64,000 bases of DNA from Amoebidium appalachense (lineage: Eukaryota; Protista; Ichthyosporea): NCBI GenBank assembly GCA_963693365.1, contig CAVNZM010000004.1, positions 13,439,088 through 13,503,087 of the forward strand, given 5' to 3'. Every line of letters begins with the position of its first letter. Position 1 is the stretch's first letter. Below the pieces are notes generated by a model. The model was not told the origin of the DNA and did not search any database. It saw only the letters and a list, made by a program, of their open reading frames with translations. Position numbers and translations under genes: made by a program. Positions 23,237-38,027 of this stretch are shown piece after piece.

Positions 23237-23609
23237 AGACACGTAGTGCATGACACCGCCACCCATATACACATATAATACATGAACAAACACACCGTCG
23301 TCCCAGACACACCCAGCCATACACACACACAAAGTTTCACACAAACACACACACACACGTGTACACACACATCCACACACAGCCACTGCTCACTGTGCAT
23401 GTCACACACACATACACACACACATCACACAACTCACATGGCGTGCGGGGTGTGCGCACACACACATGTACAGAGGCAGCTGTGTCGACAAACACACGCA
23501 CACGTACACACACACAGCGTCACACACACATACACACACAAATACAACTATCACATGCGGGTCGTGTTCACACACACATGTTCAGTCAGAGTCAGCCGTG
23601 TTGAGACTG

Positions 23610-23645
<36 letters not shown>

Positions 23646-23760
23646 CACACAAACACACACACACACACTCTCTCTCTCAGTGACACATGTACGTACACAC
23701 GGTCACACAACTCTCACACGAGGCCGTGCGTGTGCACTCAAACACACTGTCACTGCCAGA
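22890..23760. repeat. Degenerate (CA)n-rich low-complexity tract
   Basis: About 870 bp of interrupted CA repeats; representative of many such tracts in the window. Confidence 0.85.
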
Positions 23761-24167
23761 GTCAGTATATGTCATAAACCGATACGGATACACGGGTACC
23801 ACACTAGGATCCCTCATACACGCACCAATTTGAAATTGAATGCCACCGCCAACACCGTACGTTAGTGAGAATTAATTAGGGACATCGATGAATCCCCAGT
23901 GAAGCGTAGCCGGTGCCGTTGGACATTTGATTGGTTATAAGGATATATTGTTGACATAAGAGGTCTGGTTAATGTCTTGCCTACAGTGTGGCACCACCAG
24001 TGTGCCCCCAGGCATGCAACCAACATTTGTGCCACACGATAGGTCTGGGGGCCAAGTGCAGCCAGCCTACACTTGACGGGTTACCCCCTGGACTGACATC
24101 AGCCATATCGAATAAAAAAATACCAAAATGAAAAAACAAATAATGCTTGCATCCCTTTTGTCACTGT

Positions 24168-24198
<31 letters not shown>

Positions 24199-24344
24199 TC
24201 CCTCCCCCATCCCCGCCCCTACCTCTCACCCCCACCCACACTCAAACACACACACACATGCACGTGCACCTTAGGTGATTCAGCCTCAGAGCAAGGCCAC
24301 AATGCACAGATGCAGTCACCCCCTCTTCTCAACAGACAGTCAAA

Positions 24345-25050
24345 TTAGCGGCGCCGATCCCTGTCGGACCTGCCCCTGTCTCTGTCGGCATCCTCCGACC
24401 TCGAACTCTTTCTGCCCGGGCTTCTGCCGCGACTCTTTGACCGTGACGTCCGTGATTCCCTCCACGAGGAGCGGCTGCTTTTACGTGAAGGGCTCCTACT
24501 GCGACTGCAGGTGAACAGGGAGAAGGGGAAGGGGGGGGGGAGGGGGAGGGAGGAAGGAGAGAGAGAGAGGGGGGGAGAGGGGAGAGAGGGAGGGAGGGAG
24601 GGAGGGAGGGAGGGAGGGGGGGAGGGGAGGGGGGGAGGGAGGGAGGGAGGGAGGGAGAGGGTAAAATGGTGTTGAGCGAAGTTTAACTAATTCCTTGTTA
24701 GCTAGAGTTGCTTTACATGAAGGCAGTACTGTTGAATTAGAATGCCAGGCATGACAAACCGGTAGACATCATGAATTCCAAGTTTGCTGCCAGGTTTGGA
24801 AATGAATTTATCGAACAGAAATCAGGTAGGTGCACATGCACGTGCCCGGTTATAGCAATTGGTATGGAAGGGTACGGGAGAGAGGGAGGGAGAGGGTGAA
24901 ATGTGTATATGTACAATGTGTGCTTGTGTGCAGGGGGAGGGGGGGGGGAGGGGGAGGGGGGATAGAGAGAGCGCACGAGGGAGAGGTAGGGGGAGGGGGA
25001 GTGGAGAGAGAGGGAAGATGAGGGCAGGGGGGGGGGGGGGGGGGGGGGAG

Positions 25051-25086
<36 letters not shown>

Positions 25087-25309
25087 GGGGGGGCGGGCGA
25101 GGGGGGGGAGGGAGGGAGGGAGGGAGGGAGATAGGGAGAGGCAGAGCGCGCGCGAGGGAGGGGGAGGGGAAGGGGGAGGTGGAGAGAAAGGGAAGATGAG
25201 GGCCGGAGGGGGGAGGGGGGAGGGAGAGAGAGAGAGCTAGAAAGAGAGAGAGAGAGAGGGAGGGAGGGAGGGAGGGAGGGATGGAGGGATGGAGGGAGGG
25301 AGGGAGGAG

Positions 25310-25343
<34 letters not shown>

Positions 25344-25761
25344 GAAGACATCTAGGGGATTGTACATTTCCCACCTGCGGCGGCTGCTACGACGAGGCGA
25401 GGCTGAGCCCGACCTGTCTCTGGACCTACTTCTACTTCTGGACCTGCGCTTGGACCTTGATTTGGACCTGGACCTGGACCTGGACCTCTGTGATTTCTTT
25501 GAGGAGTTGTGGTCACGTGACCTTCTGGACCGATCTTTGGACCTCGACCGGCTGTGGTGGGTATTGGTGTGTGTAAGGAACAAAACCGAGGGAAGAGCCC
25601 TCCTCGCAAGTAGCACGTGGAAAAAAACCGCTTCAACCTGGGAACATGATAACAAAAACCAAGAAAACAGAACTTGCCTGACTGAGATTCGAATCCACGT
25701 ATCTACAACGGTCGACCACAAAGGTCCTAGCCCTAATGAAACAGCAAAGATCCATTAAAAA

Positions 25762-25794
<33 letters not shown>

Positions 25795-26815
25795 TTCTTT
25801 ACTCGCACACATTGTCATACGGGCTGCTTAGCTATAGCCACTGTCATGGCAGAGACCTATAGTCAATTACGGCCATGGCATAGGGTCATCATCCCCCCCC
25901 CTCCCCCCTCCCCCCCCCCCGGCCCGTCCCCCTCCTCGGGGCACACATCACCCACACCCACACCCACCCAATCACCCACCCACTCACACACAAGGAAGAG
26001 GGTCAAAAGGAGGGCACATGAAGGCGGCCCGTGTTGGCATGTATGCCATACCTTCTTTTCCTGCTTTTACGCTCACGGTCTCGGCTACGACTGCGACTGC
26101 GTTTCCTGCTCTTTGTCGGTGGACTCTCTTCCCTAAAAGCCAACACGTATGAGTTGCCTGCCTCTGACTCACTCCAACTACCCCCCCCCCCCTCCCCCCC
26201 CACACACACACCCTCCCACCCCTACGCACGCACGCACACACACACACACACGCACACACGCACGCATACACACAGAATCCATACTTGATGCCTCTAACCG
26301 TAAACATATTTGATATCACACGAAGGCCTGCCAAGTCCAATGTGGGCAGATAAATCAAAGAACCACTACAACTGCATGTAGAACAAGCTGACAAGCACAC
26401 ACGCGAGATTCATTTTGGTGAGTTTAGCACAAAAGAACAGCCCACGCCACGTGAGCTTGTGGATGTATTCTCTCGTGCACTAGATGTTCTACCTACCAGC
26501 ACCACACAGCTGGCATTTATGGAGGTGGTTAGGGAGGGGAGGGGAGAGGGGGGGGGGGGGGGGGGGGGAGGACTTGGTGTGAGAGGGGAGAACAAGAGTC
26601 CAGAAAAGCATGCGAGCATTGAAAAGTGTTGAAAGGGGTAGTGGTGCAATGAAAGATTTGCGTAATTTTTCGGGAAAAAAAGTGCTGTGGGGTACACCCA
26701 AAGCCTATACAAGGCACATGAACCATATCGGTATTGCACAATAATATGTGGGCCAGCACTTCGTGTATGTATCGGTTGTGCCACAGTTTTGTCTTCACGT
26801 AGGTGAAGCATGATC

Positions 26816-26869
<54 letters not shown>

Positions 26870-28209
26870 CGCGTGTGGTTTATGTATACTCACATGTGTG
26901 TGTCCTTGTGTCTGTGTGGGAATCTATGGGTGCGCCTGTGTGTATGCATGCATGCACGACCTGCCCGTGCAATGCAAGAACATGTGCGTGCATGGGGACC
27001 CGGTGCCTTCGTACCTTTGGGGCTGCATGGCCCCACCATGGCTGTTTCCGGTACTGAGGACCATGCGGGACCTTTTGAGCCGCTGAACACAACCCCCCCC
27101 CCCCTCCCCCTGCCCCTCCTCCCAAAACCGCCACCCCTACCCAACGAACCCAAACCAGAACCACCCCACAAGATTGCGCCTTCCACATCATGAATGGCAC
27201 TACAGCAGCTGGCATCCCACCCCCATCACTGCTGGGTTAAGCAGATAAACCGCATGGCCATTGAGTGCAGCCTTGCTAGTGTCAGCAAACTCTTATCTCA
27301 GTTTCCTCCCCGTGTGCTCTGCTCCACAACATACTACTGCTGTCTGTATAATCCATTGTGGATTGTCAAAACGTGAAAACCCAGCCATATCATACCCAAA
27401 TCAGTCTTACATTGAGCTGCCACACCCATGTACTCTCTCCCCCCGCACTAGCCACCACATCTTGCACCGGCCAACTCTGCTTCCCCGCTTTGCTCCCAAC
27501 TCTATATCCCACATGTCTCGACAATCCCCTTGCAGCGTCCGAGCCACATTTTTCCAATTCACCACCCACACTACCCTACGACATCTTTTGGTTTCCCCCC
27601 TTTCCCCTTCTAACCCCCACCTTTGGGCCTGCTCGTTTTCATTCTCACTGTCGCTGTCTGGATAGCTGCCGGGACCCCTCTTTGGTGCAGTTTCCTCAGC
27701 TTGGGGTGGCTCTTTTTCCTTCACCCCACACCCAAGTCAGCCATATGCCACCTGAGGCTAGTCATAACTTGCTTGGTCATGCAGAGCAAACACACAGACC
27801 CATGGGAACAGACCCTGCAATGTACAACCATATTTACGTCACAACACCTTTACCTGTCCTCCCCCCTCCCCTCCCCCCTCCCCCCTCTTTCTCCCCCCCC
27901 CTCCCCCCTCCCTTTTCAGTGTATCATACTTGTGAGCACACATGGGCTGGAAAAACAGTGCAAGTATGGGGTAATACCTGTTGGTGGCGAGGTGGTGGCG
28001 GTGGCATTTGTGCTGCCTCTGTGTCGCTATCAGAGTCTTCATCTGACTGGTACCCAGCCAGCCCTGCACATGCAACCGTGAGCCGGTGCATGGTCGGGTG
28101 GGTAGGTGGGGCAAAAAGAAGTGCAAACAAATAGAATGGAGGGGGTTCATAAATGCACTGAGACGACAAGGCCACCAAAGAATAAAGAGACAGAAGGGTA
28201 TTAAGAGAA

Positions 28210-28242
<33 letters not shown>

Positions 28243-28991
28243 GGGAGGGGGACCACTGCATGCAACGAAGGGACGTTTGGACATGGGTATGCGTGTACGG
28301 TCTTGCGAGGAATGAAGAAATGGGCGTAAACACAAGGATAGCATAGGAAGCTGACTCCCTGCACGGTCAAGCACGAAAACTGCAAAACCAACAAGCATAG
28401 GTTGACAGCACGGAAAAGATGGCAAGCGGTACGACGGTATGTGCAAGAACGGGTTCAGGCGGCAAATGATAATAAGGGCAAAGGGGAATGAGGGGGAGGG
28501 GGGGAGGGGTACCTAGCAGAGGGCCTGATGGTTGTACAGGTGCTACGGGGGCATTCTTCTTTGCAGGCACGGGGGCAGCCAATCGTTGGGCTGGTCGTGT
28601 GGCAGCCAATACGGAAGAAGGGTGGGCTTGGGGTTTGGGCATGGGTCGGCCCTTGAGGCGTGCCATCCATGGGCCTGTAGGGGTGCCGGTTAGGGTTAGT
28701 GTGGGACAAACCTTGAGAAACTGGCGGGTGTAAAGATGGTATTGTTTACACGAGGGATGGGGAAGAGCTGGGAGGAGGGAAGGGATGAGGAAGGGAGGGG
28801 GAGGGGGGGGGGGGGGGGGTTTGAATGCGGAATACGATACGAAGGTACGCATACACGATGAGAAGCATGGTGCAGGACACATGCAAAGGCAAACATTCAA
28901 GTATGCAACATCAGCCATGCGAAAAATGTGTATGTGCTTACAGATGCACGACACAGAGCAACCATGCCCGGTTGCATGGAAGTAAAGCGGT

Positions 28992-29077
<86 letters not shown>

Positions 29078-29829
29078 GAGAGAGAGAGAGAGAGGAGGGT
29101 AGGAATGTGTTACATGTACAACATGAAACTCCAAATTGCAATGTGATAATGGAATGGCAGAGAGGTTAGGCACACAGAGAGATTTGTAGAGCTTATTCAC
29201 AAGAAGGGGCACGGCATATCCACCACCCCATTGCCAACCAATTCATTTCGCGTATGGTACCCAAGTCATACCGTTTCACTTGAACGTGCGGGGGGAAAGG
29301 GAGAAGGGAGTGCGGCGAAGGGGCGGGGGGGGGGGGGGGGGGGGGGGAAGAGGGGGGCTTGTATTCCGTAGTCAAAGATGTAGAGCAGGCAGCAACGCAG
29401 TGACTAAAAGTTATTGGGTTTCAATGGCTGGAGACGACAGGGGCAGGAAAACCCAAACATTTCGGAGACACAGTGATTGCAACCGAATAAAAGGTCTTTG
29501 TTCGGTTCCTCTTTTGTATATGCTTTTTCTTCTTTCTTTCCTTGCCGCCTTCTCCCATTTTTCACAGCCCGACCTTTTCCTTCTTCTTGCATATGTAGGT
29601 GTATGTGCAAGCGCGTATGTGCTTTCGTCATCCACGCCTGCAATGTATGTGTATGTGTGTGAGCCCACGGGGGTGTGTGTGTGAGTGTGTGCGCAGGTGT
29701 GTTTGCGTGTCTGCGAGGGTGTGTATGTAAGAGTGTGAATGTGTCAGGGTGTGTATGTGTGTCCGTGTGTGTGTGCGCACGTACGTGTGTGCTTGTGAGT
29801 GAGTTAATGCACGTATGTGTGTGTATGTA

Positions 29830-29860
<31 letters not shown>

Positions 29861-29899
29861 GCGCCTGTGTGTGGTTGTGATGGTGATGGTGGTGGTGGT

Positions 29900-29977
<78 letters not shown>

Positions 29978-30591
29978 GGGGGGGGGGGGAGGGGGGGGGG
30001 GGGGAATAGATACCCTCGTCGACCTCATCCATTATTTCTTTGATTACTTCGTCGGTCACATCCACTAGAACCGACAGCAGCACCCACTTGACCTTCAGCG
30101 CCTATGGAAAACGAAAAAAAGTAAGCATAGCAACAGAGATATAAAAAAAAGAAAACACAAGAAGTAGCAACAGTCACATCTGAGGGAAAGGCAGAGCTCG
30201 GTGGGTGTGAAGTGTGCGGGGTTGCGGGATTAGGGCAGAGATACATACACGTCAGCAATGCAAAGAGCTGAGACAGGAAACTGAAATTGGGAGGAAATCA
30301 AAAGGACATGATACAATACCATTGAGACATTGAGAGACCGTGATTGAGAAATTCGAGAAGCGTTAAAGCTCCTCGTAGGAAGGCTACGATGCGGGCGAGA
30401 CATTAACTCGTCGAATAGAGAAACACATGCAACCAAACACTTACACCAGTGTGAACTTGTTTGTGTGTGCTGTGTACGAGTGTGTATATGTATGGATGAG
30501 TGGATGTGTGTGTGAGAAAGCATGCGAGTGAGCACGTTTGCTGCATGTGCGCATGTCTGTGTGTTCTTGCAGGTGTGTGTGTTTGTGTGTG

Positions 30592-30629
<38 letters not shown>

Positions 30630-30707
30630 CCCCCCCCCCCCCCCCCCCTCTCTCTCTCTCTCTCTGTGTGTGTGTATGTATGTATGTGCGCGCGAAGACG
30701 AGTGTAA

Positions 30708-30761
<54 letters not shown>

Positions 30762-30818
30762 ATGTATGTATGTGCGCGCGGCGATGAGTGTAAGTTTCCG
30801 TGCATGTGTGCATGCGAG

Positions 30819-30867
<49 letters not shown>

Positions 30868-32336
30868 ATGCACGCGCATGTTTAAAGGGACACCAGCCTC
30901 CAAGCGCATCCTCTCCTCCTCATCCAGCCCTGCCTCCAGATCATTCAGACTGGGGCTGCCGATTTTCTGCCGGACCACAGACAACGTGAGCCATGTCCAT
31001 TCCGTCTCATTATGCTCTCATTTAGAGCCGAATTGTTTGCCCCCATTCCCTAACCCCCCCCCCCCCCCCCCCCCCCGGCCCCCCCCACCCCCACCCCCCA
31101 AAAAATATAAAAAATAAAAAACTCTCCCATGGCTCCCCACAATTCCCATGTCTACGACCACCAGGTCTCCTTGTAATTTAAACCCCATTTTGGTCATAGT
31201 TTACTACACACGAGCCAAGCAAACACTAGCAGCAGAGCGTTTCAACAGACATAACCTAAATCAAGTTCAATGCAGAACGACAACATACCACCATCAAACC
31301 TTAACTCCTGTTGTGTTTGCGTCTCCATTAGCACCACTTTAGGGAGACCCTCTCTCTCTTCCCCTCCCCCCCCCCCCCCCCCCCCCCCCAGACCAACCAC
31401 CACCAATACCACTATTTTATTATTATTATTATTTTTTTTGGGGGGTGGGGGGGGGGGGGGGGGGAGGGGGGGGGAGGGGGGGGGGGGGATTAACAACATA
31501 AATAAATATCACCCACGTACCCACACCCAAACCAACACCACCACCATAAAAAGAAATAGTTAATAACGTGACCTGTGACTAGCACAAGTGATGAGAGCAA
31601 ATAACGTTTGCACGAGATGCCTTGATAAAATATTTGCAGTAACACATGCACACATGTACACATGCACACACACACACACACTCCCCTCTACCCATCACCC
31701 CTGCCTTCCCACCCACACCCACACACCACACAAAACGACAACCACCGCAGCACCCCCACCACACACACACACACACACCTTCTTCTGAGCCTTTTCCTGT
31801 GCGGCCTTCAACCTCTGTTTCATCATCCTCTCTGCCTCATCCTCACTCCCACTTTCTTCCTCTTCCTCCTCCTGGTCAAACTTGGAATATCGTTCCTTCT
31901 CCGCACCACCACCAGCACCTGTAACTGTTTGCTCCCCGCCCAACCCTGTTTGTGCCGCTGCGGCTGCTTTCATTTGCTTGCGCCTTTCCATCTCTGCCTG
32001 TTTCTCCTTCTCCTTCTGCTCTTTGCCTATTTTGGCCATCAAGGCATCCCTCATCCAGGCAGGCAATTTCTTGAGCTGTGCACTGGATGGCATCCCGGGC
32101 ACCGCTGATTGGATGAAAATCAGCAGGAGTGTTGGAAGGCTTTACGGAGAAGCCCATTGGGGGGGGGGGGGGGGGGGGAGGGGGGGGGGGCTCAAACATA
32201 TCATCTCGCACATAATAAATCGAAAGGGAAAAAAAAACGAATGGAAAAAGCAAGAGAGAGGGACGTGCCATGGCAAAAACGGCCATGACTCTAAATAATC
32301 GAAGAACCGACAGCACGATGCATTGGGATATGCATT

Positions 32337-32367
<31 letters not shown>

Positions 32368-33029
32368 TCTCTCTCCCCTACCCCCAACCACCACCACGTA
32401 GCAACCTCGTGCAATGTCCCTACGTAATAACACAACATATGTCCGGAATCCAACCCTGCCCCACACCTCGGTCTGTTCATGCACTCATGTTCATGCCATC
32501 ATTGGCGCTGGTGGTAGGGTGATAAGGAGTCTCTGTGTGTTTGTCTGCCTGTCTACGTGTGTTGGTGTGCCATGATGCCCGGGAAGCGGGGAAAAGGGGT
32601 GACAGAAGAAACGATAGAAGGAGAGAGAAAGGGGGGGAGGGGGGGGGGGGGGGGGGGAGGGGGGGGGGGGACTGGGAGGGGCCGAGGGAGGGAACAGGTG
32701 AGAAGGAGGGGAGAGAGGGCGCAAGAAGGGGGGGGAGGGGGGGGGTAGTAGACAGAAAGGAGAAAACAAACGACATAGCGCTAGAGCCATACCTCCGGGC
32801 ATCTGGGCCATGGGATGTGTGCCTGGCATCATGCCTGCCACCATGTCATAGCCCGCCACCCCTGCATAGCCAACACCCATATTTGGCATTGCACTTGCCA
32901 TATTTGGTGCTCCCATGACCATATTAGGGGGCTGAGAATACACTCCGTAGAAACTGGGCGCTGGTACCTGAGCCATGGGGTTGAAGGGTGGAAAGGGTGC
33001 AACTGGTGGTGCAGCTGGTGGTGGAGCTG

Positions 33030-33091
<62 letters not shown>

Positions 33092-34030
33092 CGCGCATGT
33101 GTGCTTGTGTGTGTGTGTGTGTGTGTGTGTGCCTGTGTGTGTGCGTGTGTGCGTGTCCGTGCGAGCATGTAGGATGTGTGTTGTGCGTGTGTGCGCGGGT
33201 GAGCTCGTACATGTGTGTGTGCTTGGGTGCGTGTGAGCGTGTGTGTGCAAGCATGTATAAGTGAGCGACGAGTGAGTAGAAGAGTGTGGGCATGTGTGCA
33301 CACACGGGCTTGCTTTCAATTTACTTATCGGGTTTCAAAAACAGTTCAAATCGGGGCAGAGAGAGAGAGGAGAGGGCTTGAGGAGCCAACAGGAAGGAAA
33401 AAACACCAACAAACACACTAAAAACCGCTTCTGTGCAGATCCAAAAGGAAACCCCTTTACTGGAAGATGATTCCAACCCCCCCCCCCCCCCCCTCCCAAT
33501 ATATATATATTATATTAATAATAATAAACACGCACACATACTCTCACCAGCACAGCCGACAACCTGTGCAGCAACCCACCTTGGAATTGTGGCTGTGCAC
33601 CAACAGCCCCGCCAACAAGCGCCGCCCTGCTTGGATGTATAAACGGTGCGGGTTCCTCTTTGCTTTCTGGTGCCGGTGGTGGGGGGGCGTGAACAGGAAA
33701 TGCCTGTGCCGGTGGCTGCAGTGTTTGGGGTTGCTGGTCGGGCACGGGGGGCTGAGGAAACTGGCTGTAGTATTGCTGGTAGTAGGACACAAACTGGTGA
33801 TACTGCTCGGGTGTCATCTGTGATGTGTCCCACTTGAACCCGTACATGTTGAACTGCCCAGACGCATCCTCCCCACCCTGTGCAGGGGCATGCTGGTCGC
33901 CCGGCCAGGCATTGACAGGGGGCTGAGCTGGTTCCGTATGTGCCGGTGGCTGTGGGGCAGGCTCAGGGGGCTTTTCCTTCTGCTGCTCGGCATACCTGCG
34001 GGCCTGCTCGGCCCAGTATGCTGCATCCAT
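24345..34030 (-). CDS. PNISR: PNISR-like arginine/serine-rich splicing-associated protein (multi-exon)
   Basis: Exons 34030-33580, 33026-32793, 32104-31779, 30966-~30893, 30101-30014, 28590-28513, 28063-27978, ~27718-27621, 26132-26052, 25551-25375 and 24504-24345. Motifs [53 protein letters not shown] and a C-terminal RS domain resemble animal PNISR. Some internal junctions are uncertain. Confidence 0.8.
28820..28987 (-). mobile_element. Family A copy with internal deletion of the structured core
   Basis: Reverse complement reads ctttacttccatgcaacc...gcacatacacatttttcgc|atggctgatg...ccgcattcaaa; lies between G-runs in a PNISR intron. Confidence 0.85.
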
Positions 34031-34392
34031 GGCGCTGAAGGGGTGCCAAGGGTCAGCAACAGCAGCCAACAGGCATAGAGAAAGGCGCTCATAGACTCCC
34101 CTGATCTGAAAGATAAGTTGGCGGTCACGTTTGGGAGACAGAACTGTCTACTTGTTTCAATAAAGTCTGAGCTCCTGGAAGCATGAAGGGCAAGTGCCTG
34201 CGTGCCTGCAGGTGCAGTTAAATCTGTGCCCATAGTGTCCTTGCGATAAAAACTGACAGTGCCTTCAGTTGCGCCACAAGCTAACGTGCAGGTTTGTGGT
34301 TTCACGGTACTTGGCCTGTTAATCATCTAGTATCTTGGCCGTCAGAATGCACTCATTCGCAATATATATGTGTGTGTGTGTGTGTGTGGGGG

Positions 34393-34495
<103 letters not shown>

Positions 34496-34838
34496 TGAGT
34501 GGGTGCATGCGCGCACGTGTGTATGGGAAACCTAACAACAAAAAGAAATAGATTAGAAGGCCTTCAACTCGTGAACGTCCTTATAACCTCTTGTATTGTA
34601 CGTGGGTGGAAAGAAACGAAATAGAACCGAAGGCTCTGAAGCTCTGAAAGAAATACGGACATACGAACAAACAGGAAGGCGCACACCAACACCTGCCAGG
34701 GCAGAGGTAGCGAGAGAGAGGAGAAAGGGAGAGGGAAGAAGGGAGGGAGGGAGGGAGGGAGGGAGGGAGAGAGATGGAGGGAGGGAGGGAGAAAGAGAGA
34801 GAGAGAAGAGAGAGAGGGGGGGGGGGAGGGGGGGGGGG

Positions 34839-34928
<90 letters not shown>

Positions 34929-35639
34929 AGAGAGAGAGAGAGCTGGGGGCGGGGGGGGGGGGGGGAGGAAGGAAGAGAGTGAGGGAGAGAGAGTATGGCA
35001 GTAGATGACATGTTGGGGGTGGCGTGGAGGGAGACTAGGGGAAGATGAGTTTGAGAGTTTGTATGGGTATACGTGTGTGCATGCTTCATGCTTTGGCGTG
35101 TGTACGGATGTTCTCTGTAGCGTATATTGGTTTTGTTTCTTTAGAAATTCACAAGCAAGCTAGCAAGCATGCATGTGTCGTAGACAGGCAAATACGGCGC
35201 AGAGGGAGTAACAGGGAAGTTAAACGCGAAACACGAAAAAGGAAAGACTGCAGAGACACCAAAAGCGTGTGGAAGATAAAAAGCCAGTTGCAGGAAAACG
35301 TAGACTCTAGCAGTTCCCTCCTGCTTGTGTGACAGGCAGCAATGAGGCGACGGTAGGACGGATCGTTGTGCGGTAAGAAACAAAATGTGCAGAAATTCGA
35401 AAGGGACATCAATCCAGACTCACCAGCAGCAAGAAATAAAGGCGCACCACTCAGAGGCCGTGGAGCTCTTGGATTACGGGGTTCGGTTGTTTCTCGTCAC
35501 GACTCCAGCTCAGTCGCACAGGCTCATAACTTCTGAAAACTGCAAACTTTTATTCAATGTGAAACCCAATCAGACCTAGCTAAAGCGCACCACCTGACGT
35601 AAGGCGATACCACATTAGCCAATGTCCGGTCCTCGGCGT

Positions 35640-35682
<43 letters not shown>

Positions 35683-36444
35683 ACCACCACCCAAAAAAAA
35701 AAAAAAAAAAAAAAAAAAGAAAGTAAGAAAGAAAGAAAGAAAGAAAGAAAGAAGGAAAGACAGAAAAACAGAGAAAGGAAAATAATCACCTTGGTGGTCT
35801 TGTCAGCCCATGCATCAACTGCAACTACGTGCACAAACACCGAACACACGCGTGACACACACTGCCAGATCATCGGCACACAGCAAAGGCTACCCACAAA
35901 ACGTATTACACAGCCACCCAATGATATTTCTAGGCACATGTACAGCCAACCATATGTGTGCGTTTACAGTGTAGTGCAGGTGACACCCACAACACCAGGT
36001 TCTGTGCGTAACAAAGGTTGCATGAGTCCACACACACAGGTGTGCACATACGTTTATTATTCACACACACTAGCCTGCGCGCGCACACATAACATACACC
36101 GTAGCACACACAGGTGCTATACTGACTTGGTGCTTCTGCTTGCACTACTTGCAAGCCGAACTGTACTGATCAATAGCCTAAAGTCGTATATTCCTTAATG
36201 CCGTCACGGTGGCACTTTGAGTTCAACCAGAATATGGCACTTTGCTGAGCTCAACCAGAAACTAAAAACGACACAGAAATTTGATCATACGTGGACGCTC
36301 TCGCCACACACAACAACCTTCATACAATATATCACATGCTCAGCTAAGCCGATCAATTCCGTTTCTGGTCATCAAAAAAATCTCACTATGACGTGCAAGA
36401 TACTATATCAAGTACGAACAGTTAGGGTTGCACGTGGATGTCAA

Positions 36445-37821
36445 TTAGTCATCAACAGCCAGGGCCAAGATGGGTGCAGCTATCTCCTGGATGGTGGGAA
36501 AGATGTTGGCCTTGGGCAGCTCCTCGGCATAGTTGTGGCCCTTCTCTTGCAGGGCAGACACAGAGGGGTCGATGGGCAGTCGGCCTAATTGTATGGTATC
36601 AATCACTGGCCATGTGAATAATAAATGCAGCGCAGACATCGAATTGTGGCTCCAAAAGGCTCAATGCTCAGTGGCTGGTACTAAAAACGCTTTCCCCCAC
36701 AACGAGAAAAAATAGTGCCTTTCCAACCAAGACAATGATGACTTAAACTTAATTTGATGTATCTCGTCACAGTGTCAACAAGTGTCAAAAGAGACCCTTG
36801 GAAAAACATGCTTGCTTGAGCAGGTATATGCCCCAATTGGGGGGAGAGGTGGGTAAGAGAACGAAGGGCAGTCGCAAAAATGGCTTACGGGTGAAGACGT
36901 TTTGTGGTGATTTGGAGTAGGTAGGTGGGTGGGTAGTGGGGGGTGGGGGTGGTTGGTGGTGGTGGTGGTGGTGATGGTGGTGGGTGGGGGTGAGGGGGGG
37001 GATGACAAACGTCACGGTCCTGAGGTCCACATACCCAAAAACGGGACATTGAAATCCTTTGCCATCTGCTCTCCTCCACCCGTCGAGAAGATGTACGTAA
37101 TTTCCTGCACGGGCAACTATTAAGAGTGGCTCTGACGAGGCACACTGAACAGTTTGTCACATACTGCTCTAGATAGCCCACACCCACTCACTCTCAAGGT
37201 GCACGGGATTATTTGAGGTCAAGCAAAAATAAAGCAGTTAAAATGCCTGCTAACCAGCCAGATAGTTAAATGCTAGATATGTTCAATGCTGCCAACCCAT
37301 GGCAATTCTCCCACACTCACACACACTCCCCATTCGACACACCCACTCACCCACACCCCCGCCACCAAACCCACCCGCCAACGCATCCACGCACCTTGCA
37401 GCACTGGCATGCATAGCCACTCATGTTCTCCACCACCCCCAGCACCTTGAGCCTTGCCCGTTTGCAGAAGTTGAGCTCTTTCCTCACGTCCAGCGTAGCC
37501 ACACCCTGCAGCCATGCACACGTGTCATTGGCAGATACCCTCAAAACTTTCTAACCAGTTTCTTGCATTGTACGATAAAATGATAATTCTATTGCATTTC
37601 CGGTTAGGCAAGGGAGGGAGGGAGGCAGGGTGTGTGTGTGTGTGTGTGTGCGTGTGTGTGTTCGGGAGGGGGAGGGGGGGAGAAGGCCCGAGATTGGGAA
37701 AACCGGTACCAACCCCCCCCCCCCCCCCCCCCCCCCCCCACCCAAAAAAAAAAAAACAAAAACAAAAAAAAAACAAAAAAACAAAGGGAAAGAACGAAAA
37801 AGAAGAATGACCTACCCACCT

Positions 37822-37880
<59 letters not shown>

Positions 37881-37961
37881 GTAAGGGTACCAATGGGGGG
37901 GGGGGGGGGGAGGGGGGGGGGGGGGGCAAGGGGGGTGTTTATGATTAAATGCACATGACGA

Positions 37962-38027
<66 letters not shown>

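Noticed and set aside
28993-29076. Very long G homopolymers as functional G-quadruplex loci
   Set aside because: Ubiquitous in the window, and their lengths are unreliable in long-read consensus; nothing locus-specific can be claimed.
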